Shown here one piece after another: positions 1 through 388 of a stretch of 388 nucleotides of DNA (position 1 is the stretch's first letter; each line of letters begins with the position of its first letter). The stretch is taken from assembly GCF_003334335.1 (NCBI RefSeq), contig NZ_QOWQ01000199.1; one strand, given 5' to 3'. The translations under genes were made by a program, and so were the position numbers. Source of the stretch: Escherichia coli. GTDB taxonomy: Bacteria; Pseudomonadota; Gammaproteobacteria; Enterobacterales; Enterobacteriaceae. The notes under the pieces were generated by a model. The model was not told where the DNA came from, did no database searches, and worked only from the letters and a program-made list of their open reading frames with translations.

Positions 1-47
1 AGTGCTCACACAGATTGTCTGATGAAAATGAGCAGTAAAACCTCTAC

Positions 48-123
<76 letters not shown>

Positions 124-124
<1 letters not shown>

Positions 125-142
125 AATTTGCACGGCAAATTT
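124..142 (+). other. AT-rich 8-bp hairpin directly abutting the tRNA-Ile 3' end (AAATTTGC-ACG-GCAAATTT) in the tRNA-Ile/tRNA-Ala intergenic spacer
   Basis: Seen in sequence: 124-131 AAATTTGC is the reverse complement of 135-142 GCAAATTT, with a 3-nt loop at 132-134. The first stem base is the terminal A of the tRNA-Ile CCA. Low predicted stability because of AT-richness and the tight loop. Confidence 0.35.
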
Positions 143-166
143 GAAGAGGTTTTAACTACATGTTAT

Positions 167-242
167 GGGGCTATAGCTCAGCTGGGAGAGCGCCTGCTTT
201 GCACGCAGGAGGTCTGCGGTTCGATCCCGCATAGCTCCACCA
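167..242 (+). tRNA. alaT/alaU/alaV: tRNA-Ala, anticodon TGC (UGC; reads GCN), 76 nt including encoded 3' CCA
   Basis: Folded by hand into a cloverleaf. Acceptor stem GGGGCUA (167-173) pairs with UAGCUCC (232-238) and includes the G3:U70 wobble pair (G169:T236), the classic AlaRS identity determinant. D-stem GCUC/GAGC. Anticodon stem CCUGC/GCAGG with loop UUUGCAC, anticodon TGC at 200-202. T-stem UGCGG/CCGCA with T-loop UUCGAUC. Discriminator A239, CCA 240-242. Matches E. coli tRNA-Ala1B as I remember it. Confidence 0.97.
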
Positions 243-274
243 TCTCTGTAGTGATTAAATAAAAAATACTTCAG

Positions 275-296
275 AGTGTACCTGCAAAGGTTCACT
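275..296 (+). promoter_or_regulatory. boxB-like hairpin immediately upstream of the spacer boxA (imperfect stem AGUGUACC/GGUUCACU, loop UGCAAA)
   Basis: Seen in sequence: 275-282 AGTGTACC pairs with 289-296 GGTTCACT, 8 positions with one U-U mismatch, around a 6-nt loop at 283-288. A hairpin ahead of boxA is the arrangement in nut-like antitermination sites. Functional assignment is inference; the stem is imperfect. Confidence 0.4.
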
Positions 297-305
297 GCGA
301 AGTTT

Positions 306-318
306 TGCTCTTTAAAAA
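306..318 (+). promoter_or_regulatory. Spacer boxA-like antitermination element (TGCTCTTTAAAAA), the expected binding site on nascent RNA for the NusB-NusE(S10) rRNA antitermination complex
   Basis: Seen in sequence: TGCTCTTTAAAAA at 306-318. It differs by one position from the rrn leader boxA core TGCTCTTTAACAA as I remember it. A second boxA in the 16S-23S spacer of rrn operons is established knowledge. Exact functional boundaries are approximate. Confidence 0.7.
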
Positions 319-346
319 TCTGGATCAAGCTGAAAATTGAAACACT

Positions 347-364
347 GAACAACGAAAGTTGTTC
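347..364 (+). other. Perfect 7-bp hairpin capped by a GNRA-type tetraloop (GAACAAC-GAAA-GTTGTTC) in the tRNA-Ala to 23S spacer; likely a pre-rRNA structural element
   Basis: Seen in sequence: 347-353 GAACAAC is the exact reverse complement of 358-364 GTTGTTC, with loop GAAA at 354-357. Function not established from the window. Confidence 0.45.
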
Positions 365-388
365 GTGAGTCTCTCAAATTTTCGCAAC

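Noticed and set aside
243-272. A/T-rich stretch (CATCTCTGTAGTGATTAAATAAAAAATACTTC) that could be mistaken for a promoter or UP element
   Set aside because: No convincing -35/-10 pair with proper spacing. The region is internal to a transcript driven by the strong upstream rrn P1/P2 promoters. AT-richness is typical of spacer sequence.
275-306. Hairpin followed some distance downstream by TTTT, as a possible intrinsic terminator
   Set aside because: The stem is imperfect and weak, the T-run is separated from the stem by several bases, and the context is an antiterminated rRNA operon in which 23S must be transcribed downstream. It fits a boxB-like element better than a terminator.
152-352. 66-aa ORF on the minus strand from the six-frame track (MFSVSIFSLIQIFKEQNFAVNLCRYTLKYFLFNHYRDGGAMRDRTADLLRAKQALSQLSYSPITCS)
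   Set aside because: It lies antisense to the entire tRNA-Ala gene and the downstream transcribed spacer inside an rRNA operon. There is no recognisable Shine-Dalgarno sequence and no recognisable protein domain, and the composition is low-complexity. Antisense ORFs over tRNA and rRNA genes are a classic gene-calling artefact.
347-388. GAAA-capped hairpin as a possible terminator or small RNA gene
   Set aside because: No U-tract directly follows the stem, and the region is a processed leader of 23S rRNA, not an independent transcript.

Overview
The whole window is a transcribed spacer of a bacterial rRNA operon: the 16S-23S internal transcribed spacer (ITS) of the tRNA-Ile/tRNA-Ala type, on the + strand. 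It matches, from memory, the Escherichia coli/Shigella-type spacer carried by rrnA, rrnD and rrnH; I cannot tell which paralogous operon or which enterobacterial genome it comes from. It contains two complete tRNA genes with genomically encoded CCA ends: tRNA-Ile(GAT) at 48-124 and tRNA-Ala(TGC) at 167-242. Downstream of tRNA-Ala there is a boxA-like antitermination motif (TGCTCTTTAAAAA, 306-318) preceded by a boxB-like hairpin, and a GAAA-capped hairpin near the 3' end. Neither the 16S 3' end nor the 23S 5' end is in the window. There is no protein-coding gene: the single 66-aa ORF in the supplied track is antisense to tRNA-Ala and the spacer and is an artefact. I find no evidence of a novel or undescribed system; this is one of the most conserved and best-characterised loci in enterobacterial genomes, and the findings below are small structural observations only.
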